A DNA stretch of 64,000 bases from NCBI GenBank assembly GCA_963817525.1, contig CAWFOU010000007.1, forward strand, positions 256,001 to 320,000. Reading direction: 5' to 3'. Below, in pieces: positions 31,855 to 41,374 of the stretch. The stretch's first letter is position 1, and every line of letters starts with the position of its first letter. Source of the DNA: an uncultured archaeon (GTDB lineage: Archaea > Thermoproteota > Nitrososphaeria > Nitrososphaerales > Gagatemarchaeaceae). The notes under the pieces are model-generated. The model was given only the letters and a program-made list of their open reading frames with translations. It was not told the origin of the DNA and searched no databases. Made by a program: the position numbers and the translations under genes.

Positions 31855-33651
31855 TCACGTCGGTTCAATCTCGGGCTTGGGGAGATGCTCTGGTGGGGCG
31901 TGGTAGACGGGCTGCACGTCGTTCGGCAGATCGGCCTCGAAGAAATCAATCGTCGTCAGTCTGTCGACCAGCTTCAGCAGCCTCACGAACCTCCTGGGAA
32001 GGAACACAGAGCCAGAGGTCGAACGTATGGAGTAGCCGTCCCGAATCCTCAGCAGGAACATGGGCATGGCCACCGCCAACGGGACGACCGGGATGAGCGA
32101 CAGCAGCCAATCTCCCGGTGCCGGACCGATTACGCTGCCGACGTAGGAGCGGACGGGAGGGGCGAGCGTCGCCACAAAAAGCAGTAATGCGGCGGCGCAG
32201 CCTGCCGCGAGGATCTCCCAGGAGAACCTCCTGTGTCTGGTGATCCTCGAGATGTCCTCCAGGGGGACTGAGATAGTCTCCCCTCCATCGTGATCGTCCT
32301 TGACCAGGAGCCGCCGATTAGTGACGATCGCCTTCAGCTTCCCCGATACCATCGCTTCTAGAGCCTGCTCATCGCTAGCCATGCTGCGCCTGAGCCTCTC
32401 GTCGTCCGAGCGCTCCCTGGCCAAGGCCTCGAGGCGCTTCGCGAGGTTATGGGTCAGCCTTGCCATCGTGAGCGCCCCCGTGCTGTGGACGGCGTTCGTC
32501 CCGAGCCTCTTGCGAAGGGGCTCGTCGTCCACGAGCCTCAGCACCGCGTCCGCGGCCCCGAGGATGTCGTCTGGCCCTTGGAGGACCATCCCGTTTTCCC
32601 CGTCCTTGACCACCCACTGCTGTCCGCCCGCTCCTGAGCTCACGCACCGGGACCCCGTTGGACATGAACTCCAGCTGCGTTATGCCGAGAGCCTCTGAAC
32701 GGCTCAAGATCAGATTGATGGTGGTGGCCTTTATCAGCGCTGACTTTTCGGTTTCAGATATTGAGCCCAGGATGGAGACGTTCGGAAGCTCAGCCGCCCT
32801 CTCCCTCACCCTCCTTCCATATTGTCCTTGTTCTGTACCCGCGATGACGAAATGTATGTCCGTCCTCTGGACCAGTCGTCTCGCGACCTCCAAGACGTTG
32901 AGGGTGTTCTTCCGCTCCTCTACCGTCCCAAGAGATGTGACGAGCTTCGTCGCTGGGAGGATGCCTAGATTGGCGAACACTTCAGCAGGGTCGCCCATCG
33001 AGGCCTGTCAGCTCGTCGATTCCGCCAGGGAAGAGGAAGCACCTGTCCTCGGCCGCCCCCCTCTCCTTCATGGCCTCCTTCTCGAAGGGCGAGACGACCA
33101 GGACCAGGTCGGCCTCTCTCACTATCAGCGAGAGGCTGGTCTGGTTCCAGGCTTCCCTGAAGGACCTCTCGACGACTCCGTATCTATCTGGGCTCGCCTC
33201 CTGGAAGTGGCTCATGTGGCAGAATATCGGGGTCAGCTTGGGTACGCCGTCGCGCGACAGGTTTCTCCTCCACTCTACGAACTTTAGGATCTCCTCCGGG
33301 CCATTCCAGAGCGTCGAATGCGTGATTAGGACGTTGAGCTTGAAGTTGTCCACTATCTTGGCGAGCGTGTCTATGAAGTCGATGAGGGAGGCTCGCCTCG
33401 GCGGCCAGGAGGTCGGCGCGCTCCCCACCCTAATCACCGGTATCCCGAGGCTCTCGTCGAAGGTATAGACGTACCCCGCGTGCATGGCAAGCTCCTCGTC
33501 GGAGATCACCGGCTTCTCGTCCTGATACGGACTCGTGATAAGGAAGGCGTCGTAGTTCATGCGCCCTGAACTCCTTGACCATCCTCTGCGCCACGAGCTC
33601 TTGTCCCTTGGTGAGGCTGGTCTGATACATGACGACGCCGATTCTGAGCAA
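31855..33651 (-). CDS. GT4 glycosyltransferase with C-terminal PH-like/TM domain, paralogue of 54453..56234 (three frameshifts)
   Basis: MLRIGVVMYQTSLTKGQELVAQRMV start identical to the paralogue; SRSEALGITQLEFMSNGVP; pieces in ORFs 33430..33651, 32982..33830, 32447..32998 and 31855..32643. Confidence 0.85.
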
Positions 33652-34101
33652 TCGGACTCACTTCCCGAGGAGTCCTGGGAGGCCAACGGCGACCCACCTC
33701 CAGAGGGTGACGCCCTCCGGGGGCGCGATGAGAGGCGTCGGTAAGGACGACAAGCGTGGTCAGCGCCAAAAGCAGCCTGATCCGTCTGGCGTTGCATCTT
33801 GGGCCTGCAACAATTTTGCATGGAGCTCATTTGGGTTACGGTGATGAATGCCGAGAAGATTTGCGTGGCATTCTAGACTAACAATTCACCATGTGGTGAG
33901 CGGAAGGCGGCTGCCAACCAATGGGGCGGCTTGGTGAGCCCGACAGATACGACTCCGAGGGGTCCGGGTGCGCTACGCTGATTGGTCCCATCGGACGGCC
34001 GAGCGACATCACCGCCGGATAGTAGAATCCATCATGAGACCAAATCAGAAAACTTTGCGAACCCCTATTCAGGCAAACGCGCCAATGGGTTCCCGAGATT
34101 C

Positions 34102-34521
34102 ATGTACACATTTGGGTTCGCGATTCCGTCTACGGCTGAAGGGCTCATCATTCTCGCCATCACTCTGGTAGTGCTGTGGATTGTGGTGTCAGTCCCGGTC
34201 TTCATCGCCGGCGAACTGATGACCGATGGGAAGGCGGACTTTGGGATGGCGATGGGGGCAACCCTCGGCGGAGCCGTGATGTACGTCCTTGTGCTCTGGG
34301 CGGGGACTTTCATACTTTCGCCGGTCCTCGGCGCCTCGGCGCTGGCATTGTCCTTCGTCCTCGCACTGTTGGTGTGGCTGGCGGTGTATCGCGCCTCCTT
34401 CGAAACGGGTTGGCTGCAGGCAGTAGGCATAGTTGTTGTAAGCTGGCTCGTTCTGGTCGTGATGGACGTGATACTCATGTCGCTCTTCGGGGTCTCATTC
34501 CCGAAGTTCTACCCCTTCTAG
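34102..34521 (+). CDS. Hypothetical 4-TM membrane protein
   Basis: Four hydrophobic helices. Confidence 0.65.
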   Translation: MYTFGFAIPSTAEGLIILAITLVVLWIVVSVPVFIAGELMTDGKADFGMAMGATLGGAVMYVLVLWAGTFILSPVLGASALALSFVLALLVWLAVYRASFETGWLQAVGIVVVSWLVLVVMDVILMSLFGVSFPKFYPF

Positions 34522-34536
34522 GACAGACCACCGCGG

Positions 34537-35172
34537 TCAGGGCTGAGCGTTCAGGTTCAGGATCGCGTCGACCCTGAGCCTCGTGGACGGGTTGGTTCCG
34601 ACGCGCCCCCAAAAAGAGGTGCGCCGTTTCCTTTTCGAGTTCTGGAGCGACTCCGCGGCGCGGATGGCCTGGACGAGCGCCTCCCCGTCCACGAACGAGA
34701 CAGCGAGCTTGTCGCAGCTCATCTCGTGCCTGAGATAGCGCTCGGAGTCGACGGTCGTGAGTACCGCTATAGCGCCGACGAACGCGAGCACCAACGAGAA
34801 GATCAGAGGAACTGCTGAGCCGGTTCCCACGAACACCGCGAAAGCCAACAGCACCGAGACCACGACCGCGGGAGCCACGAGCCGCCTTCTCCTCTCTCCG
34901 CCGTCTCCCAATACGTGTCCGAACTCATGCGCAGCCACTGCGCGTCTTTGGCTGTCTGTCAGGCTCGAGTAGTAGCGCGCACCGAACAAGAGCTTGTTTC
35001 CGAAGCTGAGCGCTGCGACGTTGGTCTTCGTGAGAAAGTATCTCTCACCCGTGTCGCTGCTCAAGCGACCCGAGACGCTCATGCTCTCCGCCAATGAGTC
35101 CAGTTCCGAAGACTTGAAGGCGGTCGCTCCCAGGAAGACTCTAAGGTACAGGCCGCCGGCGTCCACGAACAA
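34537..35172 (-). CDS. M48/M56-like zinc metallopeptidase
   Basis: AVAAHEFGH (HExxH), two TM helices, HEMSCD third ligand, TNPSTRLR. Confidence 0.75.
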   Translation of the reverse strand: MFVDAGGLYLRVFLGATAFKSSELDSLAESMSVSGRLSSDTGERYFLTKTNVAALSFGNKLLFGARYYSSLTDSQRRAVAAHEFGHVLGDGGERRRRLVAPAVVVSVLLAFAVFVGTGSAVPLIFSLVLAFVGAIAVLTTVDSERYLRHEMSCDKLAVSFVDGEALVQAIRAAESLQNSKRKRRTSFWGRVGTNPSTRLRVDAILNLNAQP

Positions 35173-35295
35173 TCCCTACGGCAACGTGGCCGCAGCCCGT
35201 AGATTTAGGTTGCGGAGGGACCCTTCACAAGCACGCGGTGACGCACCTTCCCGCACGCGCACAATTGAGGGTGCTATCAGCCCTGTCTTTTCGGG

Positions 35296-35544
35296 TCAAA
35301 GGACCGGGGCGCGCGCAGCGGAAACCAGAGCCGGCTGGCCGGCGTCTGGAGGGACAGACGGCTTGCCTTGGGGGCTGTTCTGGCTATGCGCCCGGGCGTG
35401 CCTGCTCATATGGATGTAGCAATATGTCCCGTCGCATATGTGGCACGTGTAGTGATATCCCAGGTGGAACTTCCCGCCGCAAAAGCGGCATACGGGCTCG
35501 GCCTCCGCTCCCGTCTCCCTTGAGGCGTCGAGGGTCGTCACCAT
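35296..35544 (-). CDS. Small AN1-like zinc-finger protein
   Basis: CRFC...CHIC...CYIH...H..H pattern. Confidence 0.65.
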   Translation of the reverse strand: MVTTLDASRETGAEAEPVCRFCGGKFHLGYHYTCHICDGTYCYIHMSRHARAHSQNSPQGKPSVPPDAGQPALVSAARAPVL

Positions 35545-35671
35545 CCCCCCCTCAAATCGAAAGGACCGGTCTTTCTCTCGCGCATCACCAATTCCTCGCA
35601 GCGATCTGTCCGCGCGCTTCGCACGTCACCCAAGGACTAGCGGGTTATTCAAGGTCGACCACCTTTCTTAA

Positions 35672-35684
35672 AGAACAATCCATC
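35672..35684. promoter_or_regulatory. Half-conserved motif AGAACAATCCATC, 8 nt upstream of TATGAA (35693)
   Basis: Perfect left half-site, same spacing as the other copies. Confidence 0.4.
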
Positions 35685-35729
35685 ATTCAGGATATGAAGG
35701 CACGTCCGCTGTAAGCTCTGCGAGGCTTC

Positions 35730-36269
35730 TTGAGTAGTCAACCGGACGCGGAATCAGAGGTGGTTTGGCAAGCCCATCCATGGATAACGCCTGCGCTAGC
35801 AGGGCTCACGATAGAGGCGGTCGCGTTCGCGATCGTCCTCTCATGGGCCGAGTTCGCGGCGGGCGTGGCCGTCAAAGCCGTCGGCCCTGTCCCGTTGCTC
35901 GCGGCGACATACGGGCTGGTCTTCTTCCTATGGCTGGGCGGATCCTTCAGGCTGGCCCTGGTGCGTGCGTCCAGTCATTACACCCTCAGGGGGTCAAGCC
36001 TTGAAATCCAGCATGGAATCCTTAGTCGGAGGATTTTCACCGTGTCTGCCGCTGGCTTCTCCGACCTCCAAGTAGTCAAGAGCGTCTGGGGCAGAATCCT
36101 AAATACGGGGACCATCGTGATAGAGACCGACAGCGATAGGGACCTGAGGCTGAGGATGATTCACGATCCGATCAAGGTCTCGACCAAGTTAAGGCAGGTG
36201 ATGACGGTTCCTGTTGTAAGGGTCTCTGGCCAAGAACCCATACAAGCAACGAAGGGCAACGGAAAGTAG
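35730..36269 (+). CDS. Bacterial-type PH domain (bPH_2) membrane protein
   Basis: Two TM helices then YTLRGSSLEIQHGILSRR...SVWGRILNTGTIVIET. Confidence 0.8.
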   Translation: MSSQPDAESEVVWQAHPWITPALAGLTIEAVAFAIVLSWAEFAAGVAVKAVGPVPLLAATYGLVFFLWLGGSFRLALVRASSHYTLRGSSLEIQHGILSRRIFTVSAAGFSDLQVVKSVWGRILNTGTIVIETDSDRDLRLRMIHDPIKVSTKLRQVMTVPVVRVSGQEPIQATKGNGK

Positions 36270-36463
36270 CGCCGCACCCTACACCGAGCGGGGATGCCCT
36301 TGGTTCCGTCGCACGTCGCAGCCAGGCTGAGAATGGTCAAGAGTCGCTCCAAGTGAGCTGAAACTCGCACCAGTCAGTGGCCGTGGGTCGCCGCAGCAGG
36401 CGGAAGCAGCCTCGTCTCCAGCGCGTGGACGAGCCCCCGTGCGAATGGGGCGTCCATTTCAGT

Positions 36464-36856
36464 TCACGCAGACTCCTGTACTTTTGGCTTGATGCTCAGC
36501 CCGTTTATCTTCTGCACGAGTTCTCGTATCCCTATCGGCTTCTGGATGACCTCGCGAACGTTCAGCTTCGCGAAGAGTTTGTTGACCTCGTTCATCAGGT
36601 CCACAAAACCCGTGAGGAAGATCACCTGGACCCCATTGTCTCTCCTCTTCATTTCGTAGACCATCTCGAACCCGTTCATTCTCGGCATCTTGATGTCGCT
36701 GATTATGAGGTCGTAGGCGCCTGGCTTGAAAGCTGCCAGAGCCTTGATAGGGTCATAGAACACGTCCGCCGCGAACCCGTGACTCTTCAGCCCCGCCCCG
36801 AGAGCATTCGCGACGTCATGCTCGTCGTCCACGATTAGGATTCTTAGGAGTGGCAT
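36464..36856 (-). CDS. Stand-alone response regulator receiver
   Basis: ILIVDDE, DIKMPRMNG, FLTG and QKP motifs. Confidence 0.92.
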   Translation of the reverse strand: MPLLRILIVDDEHDVANALGAGLKSHGFAADVFYDPIKALAAFKPGAYDLIISDIKMPRMNGFEMVYEMKRRDNGVQVIFLTGFVDLMNEVNKLFAKLNVREVIQKPIGIRELVQKINGLSIKPKVQESA

Positions 36857-36893
36857 TCGAGTAGACCAATGAGTGATTACATATAGTCCTCAA

Positions 36894-36906
36894 GATACAT
36901 TGTTCC
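36894..36906. promoter_or_regulatory. Motif GATACATTGTTCC, 8 nt upstream of TATATG (36885-36880) of the receiver gene
   Basis: 10/13 match to the GGAACATTGTTCT copy at 31807; conserved spacing. Confidence 0.55.
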
Positions 36907-37165
36907 TGAGTGGGCAAGGCCATTGCGTTTCGCCTCACCAAAAATGTTTCATTCACGGACGGTAGTGGCGGAGCTAGCTTGCTCGGCTAAGATGCTTCAC
37001 TGCAGTAGCACGAGCTGGCTACCTGACCGCAGCCATTGCAAACGCGGAACGGGCCCTCCAAGTGAGTGAGTTTGCCGCATCTGCCGCAAATCCCGCTCAT
37101 CTGCAAGCTGGTCATCGGCTTTTGATATCGCAGCCATTCTTATTGTGATGCTTGAATGTTAAGGA

Positions 37166-37417
37166 ATGAACGGCGTCATCATGGTTATGGCACTTGCCTG
37201 TAGGAGGAACCGCGGAGCCCGCGAGACAGCTCTCGTAGCGACCAGGCACACGAATGATGGAAGGTTCCGTGATGTCTTCTCGAGGGCATGTCGTTCAGGC
37301 CAACCTTGCGAGTGTGATTCGCGGCTCGGAGCATCCTTTTGCAAAGAACACCATTCAGCAATTGTATTTCGCTCGCTAGAGCGCGTTCACGACCAGGGCC
37401 TGGCGTCTGACCGATGA
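37166..37417 (+). CDS. Small Cys/His-rich hypothetical protein
   Basis: C-x5-C-x-C...FCKEHH pattern; TTAAG box upstream. Confidence 0.4.
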   Translation: MNGVIMVMALACRRNRGARETALVATRHTNDGRFRDVFSRACRSGQPCECDSRLGASFCKEHHSAIVFRSLERVHDQGLASDR

Positions 37418-37421
37418 CCGG

Positions 37422-38537
37422 TCATGTCGTTGCTGTGCCTATCGCCGTCGTGGGCTTCGAATCGAGCGGGAGCGTGAACTCGAAGACCGCACCGCCGCTG
37501 CCGTATTCAGCTTTGTTCCTCGCGCTTATTTTTCCGCCGTGGGCCTCCACGATGCCCTTGGAGATGAAGAGCCCTAGCCCTGTCCCGCCTTGAGATCGTG
37601 CTCCGAACTTCGTGAAGAGCACCTTAAACATGTCTGGGTCGATTCCAGGTCCGTCGTCGCTGACTTGCAACACAGCCTCTGCTTCGACACGTTTGATTGA
37701 GACTACGACCTCACCTTTGGTCGTGAACTTTGTCGTGTTTTCCAGGAGGTTGGACAGAACCTGGGCGATTCTCTCCCTATCTGCTGAGACGACTATCTCC
37801 TGGGCGGAAGGCTCGAACTTGAGGTCGGCCATTTTCGTTGCCTGCGTCTCGCGGACGATCTCCATGACGAAGAGGTTCAAATCGAACGTCTCCTTCCTCA
37901 AGGTGAGGGTCTTGCTGTCTATCCTCGCTACGTTGAGGATATTCTCGGCCAGGCGCTGAAGCCTTATCGCGTTGCGTTTGATCGCTTGGACCTCTTCGGA
38001 AGTTCCAATCGTGCTGGACTCCAAGATTTCCGCGTAGGCGAGAATCGGCATGATAGGCGTGCGCAGTTCGTGAGCCGCAACGTTGATGAACTCCGACTGC
38101 TGGATGAGCTGCTTTTGGGCAGAGATGATCAATTCCGAGACTGATGCCTTCTTCATCTTATCAGAGGTCGAGCCGCTGATGGCGGGGTCGGCGAGGGCCG
38201 CGAGGAGTCGCTGCTCATCGATCGTCTCCTCCCTCTGCATATTCAGCCAATCAGAGAGCGCCCCCAGACTTCGGCTGACCCTCACGTGCACGTCTCTTCG
38301 AACGGACTCCTGCCTGAGGCGTCTCCTTACAAGCTCATGCCGCTTCTGTAGGTCACGGACGGTATAATTGAGTGTCTGCGCGACCTCGAGGATGACCTTT
38401 TCCCTATCTTTCTTCGTCTTCTCGAAGGTAGAGACCGCTTGACTGCGGAACGCCTCTATGCGCCTTCTGGCGTCCTTCACCGAAGCCTCGTTGCGTATCC
38501 TGAACTCTTCGCGCGCGCGATCGATGTCTGTGCTCAT
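37422..38537 (-). CDS. Soluble histidine kinase, last gene of the gvp operon
   Basis: AAHELRTP, NLLENTTKFT, DDGPGI and GTGLGLFISKGIVEAHGG; ATGA overlap with the gvpH stop. Confidence 0.92.
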   Translation of the reverse strand: MSTDIDRAREEFRIRNEASVKDARRRIEAFRSQAVSTFEKTKKDREKVILEVAQTLNYTVRDLQKRHELVRRRLRQESVRRDVHVRVSRSLGALSDWLNMQREETIDEQRLLAALADPAISGSTSDKMKKASVSELIISAQKQLIQQSEFINVAAHELRTPIMPILAYAEILESSTIGTSEEVQAIKRNAIRLQRLAENILNVARIDSKTLTLRKETFDLNLFVMEIVRETQATKMADLKFEPSAQEIVVSADRERIAQVLSNLLENTTKFTTKGEVVVSIKRVEAEAVLQVSDDGPGIDPDMFKVLFTKFGARSQGGTGLGLFISKGIVEAHGGKISARNKAEYGSGGAVFEFTLPLDSKPTTAIGTATT

Positions 38538-38974
38538 TTTTGGTCCCTCCTCCGGAGGAAGGTGATCTCCACGACAGAGTTGTTCTGCGTGGTCGACTTT
38601 ACTTCGACGCTGCCGGGGGCGACCTTGCACGGGACGTCTCTTCGATGCACCCTCCCGCCCTTCGAGACCTCGATTCGCAGGACGTCGTCCAAGAACCTTA
38701 CGTGTACGTCCTCCTTCTTTACGCCCGGCAGCTCCACGACGACCCTGAGGCCCTTTTCGTCGTCGAAGACGTCGACTAGTGGCTCTTGGACTGGAGGCTC
38801 AACAGGCACGCTCTCAGGGATGGCACTCCTGATAGAGATGCTAGATGTGACCTTGATGAAGTCGTCCCCGACGGTCCTCCGCGCCTTCACTTGCCTCCCT
38901 TCATCGAGCTGCTTCAGGGTCCAGGCGAGTTCTACCCCCAGCTCCTCCAGCAGATCGTCGATGTCCCAGATCAA
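38534..38974 (-). CDS. gvpH: GvpH/Hsp20 family protein
   Basis: EPLVDVFD...VVVELPGVKKEDV...NNSVVEI alpha-crystallin domain; TTG start overlaps the gvpG stop. Confidence 0.75.
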   Translation of the reverse strand: MIWDIDDLLEELGVELAWTLKQLDEGRQVKARRTVGDDFIKVTSSISIRSAIPESVPVEPPVQEPLVDVFDDEKGLRVVVELPGVKKEDVHVRFLDDVLRIEVSKGGRVHRRDVPCKVAPGSVEVKSTTQNNSVVEITFLRRRDQK

Positions 38975-39201
38975 CCCGCGGGGCCTCCCTTCGATAGCTT
39001 CCTGAGCTCTTCCAGAATCTCCCCCTGGCGCTTCCCGTACTCCTCCTGGTCGATGAGGCCTGTGCTGAAGTCGATGTCCAACTGTACGACCCTCGATTTT
39101 AGCCACCTTCCGCGCTCACTGTTCTCGGCCTCGTTTGCGATTCGGTTGCACTCTTCGACAATAGCTTGGAACGTGATTTTCAGGATGAGATAGGTGGCTA
39201 T
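38971..39201 (-). CDS. gvpG: GvpG-like gas vesicle protein (76 aa, apparent ATA start; absent from ORF track)
   Basis: Manual translation IATYLILKITFQAIVEECNRIANEAENSERGRWLKSRVVQLDIDFSTGLIDQEEYGKRQGEILEELRKL...*; SD-like GAGGTGA 9 nt upstream. Confidence 0.7.
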   Translation of the reverse strand: MATYLILKITFQAIVEECNRIANEAENSERGRWLKSRVVQLDIDFSTGLIDQEEYGKRQGEILEELRKLSKGGPAG

Positions 39202-39215
39202 CGTCTCTGCTCACC

Positions 39216-39951
39216 TCAGCAGAAGGAGTACGGGGCCCACGGGCCGCTGGAGTGGACCAGCAGGCCCTTTTCCGCGTACTCCTTCCCGAGGAGTCCCGCG
39301 CGAGCCAAAAAAGCTCCGTCATCCTGGCGTGGGACCAGATACGCCGCGTTGAGCACGATTTGCTCGTGCTCCGACTTTAGAATCGAGTTTTCTTGCGAGT
39401 TTAGAACCAAATCGGCGTGTATCTCCCTGCTGAGCTGGTCCATCTTTCTGTAGGCTTCGCTCTTGATGGCCTCGCTCATCTTCAGCTTGGTGAAATACGA
39501 TGCGCCCTTGCCGGCCTTCGCCATGGAGCGGCGCATCTTCACGATCTCGGGCGACGTCTTCTCGACTTCGCTCTTCAGCTTCGCCAACCCCGCCTTGTTG
39601 AATAGGACTTTGATCCCGAACTCGTCCATCCCATCGAGCTTCATGAGCTTCTTCCGGTAATCATCATAGGACTTTGCGAGTAGTGTCACCACGCCGTCCT
39701 CCCTCTTGAATATCGTCCCGAACTTCACGGGAAGCGTCGTGCCGATCTTCCTCGAGGCCTCGACCATGCGCTGGTGCGCCATTATGTTGTCGATGTTCGC
39801 CTCTATCTCGGCGTAGGGGACGACGCTGACTACAGCCCCGACATCCTTGTACCCCACGATGTGGGCTGGCTTTCCGAACAGCCCCACGTCCTCGAGTGCC
39901 TGCGGGTCTGGCAGAGTCGACTATGCAGTAGACGTATCTGCCGTCGGTCAA
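39216..39951 (-). CDS. gvpF: GvpF/GvpL family gas vesicle protein (frameshift near 39900)
   Basis: GRYVYCIV start, AHQRMVE...TLPVKFG, LNAAYLV and SGPWAPYSF motifs. Confidence 0.88.
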
Positions 39952-40436
39952 AGGTGGATCACAGGCCCGTCGTCCAACCAACGCCTCTCTCCGTAAACCG
40001 GGTAGAGCATGGCGAGCAGGTCAATTCCTATAAGGTCAACGTCGGAGACCGATATCCGGACCTGCCCCGCGACGACTGCGCCCCTGTCGATGAGACGGTC
40101 GAGCACGTCGACCAGCGACGCCTTACCCCCCGTCTTGAGCAACGAGCCCAGCGCGACGTCAAGCTCTTTTGAGCCCAGCCCAAGGCTCTTCGTCAGTTTG
40201 GCCATCTCCCGGCTGAGCTGCATGAAAGCCACTCCCATCCGTTCGACCTCCTCCTCGGATAGTGTCCCGGACTCCACCCTCCGCATCGCCTGCCTCTCCA
40301 TGAGCTGCCTGACCACCTCCATCACCGTCAGTGTCAACTTGGCCAGCCCCTGCTGCATCTTTTGGCCTCCCTCTCCCAGGTCTATCCTGTCGCCTGAATC
40401 CCGAGTCCCCTTGGTCTTGTTGACCGCGCGCTGCAA
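39948..40436 (-). CDS. gvpK: GvpK fused to a C-terminal GvpJ/M-like (GvpA family) domain
   Basis: GLAKLTLTVMEVVRQLMERQAMRRVESGTLSEEEVERMG (GvpK) followed by SLVDVLDRLIDRGAVVAGQVRISVSDVDLIGI. Confidence 0.85.
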   Translation of the reverse strand: MQRAVNKTKGTRDSGDRIDLGEGGQKMQQGLAKLTLTVMEVVRQLMERQAMRRVESGTLSEEEVERMGVAFMQLSREMAKLTKSLGLGSKELDVALGSLLKTGGKASLVDVLDRLIDRGAVVAGQVRISVSDVDLIGIDLLAMLYPVYGERRWLDDGPVIHL

Positions 40437-40700
40437 CTAGCGAACCACCTTGTAGTTCTTGGCATCGGTCACACGTCTGGGAGGACTTCTCGTCTTGTGC
40501 TGCTCCTCCCATGGAAGTCTCAGTCCATAGCGCTTCGCTGTTTCCAGTGAAGCGATCACCAGGTTGACCTTGACGGAGAGCAGTTCAACGCTCCCGACGC
40601 TCACGGTGATGTCCCCGTTTATCACCACCCCCTTTTCCAAGATGCGGTCTAGGAGGTCGACCAGTGAGAGGTCCCTACGACCCATCTGGCTAAGGGACAA
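40437..40700 (-). CDS. gvpJ: GvpJ-like gas vesicle protein
   Basis: SLVDLLDRILEKGVVINGDITVSVGSVELLSVK...IASLETAKRYGL motif. Confidence 0.88.
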   Translation of the reverse strand: MSLSQMGRRDLSLVDLLDRILEKGVVINGDITVSVGSVELLSVKVNLVIASLETAKRYGLRLPWEEQHKTRSPPRRVTDAKNYKVVR

Positions 40701-40956
40701 TCTCGGCCCCCTCCCGTTTCATCCTACAGTAACCGCACACCCCTGAGTCCTTGAACCAGTGCTTGTTGCAGAACCCCTCTATGTTCTCCTCGCCCATTGT
40801 CTTCGAGAGGTAGACCTTCGCGATGTCGAAGGGGGTGCCGCGGTGACACTCTGGGCAGCGCATGAAGACCCAGCCCTTCTTCATCGCTTCCTCCATGTCG
40901 AGCTTGTCATACTTGCCGCAGACGAGACATATGGCCAATGATAGCCATCCGTCCAC
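40690..40956 (-). CDS. Small double-zinc-site protein inside the gvp operon
   Basis: CLVC, CPEC, CNKH and CGYC; 3 nt after the gvpA stop and overlapping gvpJ. Confidence 0.7.
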   Translation of the reverse strand: MDGWLSLAICLVCGKYDKLDMEEAMKKGWVFMRCPECHRGTPFDIAKVYLSKTMGEENIEGFCNKHWFKDSGVCGYCRMKREGAEIVP

Positions 40957-40959
40957 GAG

Positions 40960-41205
40960 CTAACGCACAGGAGGTTCGGTCATCGGAGCCGGCGTCCCGG
41001 GCGTGGCCGCGAGGCCCAGAGCCTGTGCGTAGCGCAGGAACGCGTCGATTCCCGCGACGACAATCCTTGCCCTGATCACCAGGATTTCGATTCCGACGAG
41101 GGCGACAGACACGTTGGCGTCTATTACAATTCCCTTGTCTAGGACTCTATCGATTAGGTCGTATATGTTAAGAAGAGGTCTATAGCCCATCTGTGCTTGG
41201 GACAC
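40960..41205 (-). CDS. gvpA: Gas vesicle structural protein GvpA
   Basis: DLIDRVLDKGIVIDANVSVALVGIEILVIRARIVVAGIDAFLRYAQALGL. Confidence 0.93.
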   Translation of the reverse strand: MSQAQMGYRPLLNIYDLIDRVLDKGIVIDANVSVALVGIEILVIRARIVVAGIDAFLRYAQALGLAATPGTPAPMTEPPVR

Positions 41206-41251
41206 GGTTACTCACCCGTGCTTGGGTTGCAAAGAGCATAAATGTTGGTAT

Positions 41252-41277
41252 GGAGAATTGTTATAGAACAATCTTCT
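41252..41277. promoter_or_regulatory. Tandem motif pair GGAGAATTGTTAT + AGAACAATCTTCT, 9 nt upstream of TTTATG (41242-41237) of gvpA
   Basis: Second copy matches the consensus 12/13; copies are directly adjacent. Confidence 0.65.
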
Positions 41278-41374
41278 ACCTGAGACTTGGGTCTCTAGCC
41301 GTGAGCCGACCGACCCTTGTCGCCAGGCAAGTCTCGGACAGTAGTGGTGCCAAACCACCCGAGGCCCGTCGATG

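Noticed and set aside
33807-33819. GCAACAATTTTGC as another copy of the palindromic motif
   Set aside because: Only 8/13 match and no TATA-like box at the expected distance on either strand
380-39951. Numerous single frameshifts (dedA, gtrA, pntA tail, 3-hydroxyacyl-CoA dehydrogenase, kbl, RHH, kinase, GT4, gvpF) as programmed frameshifting or mass pseudogenisation
   Set aside because: They hit unrelated housekeeping genes, often at G/C runs, with no shared slippery site or in-frame stops; long-read indel error is more parsimonious
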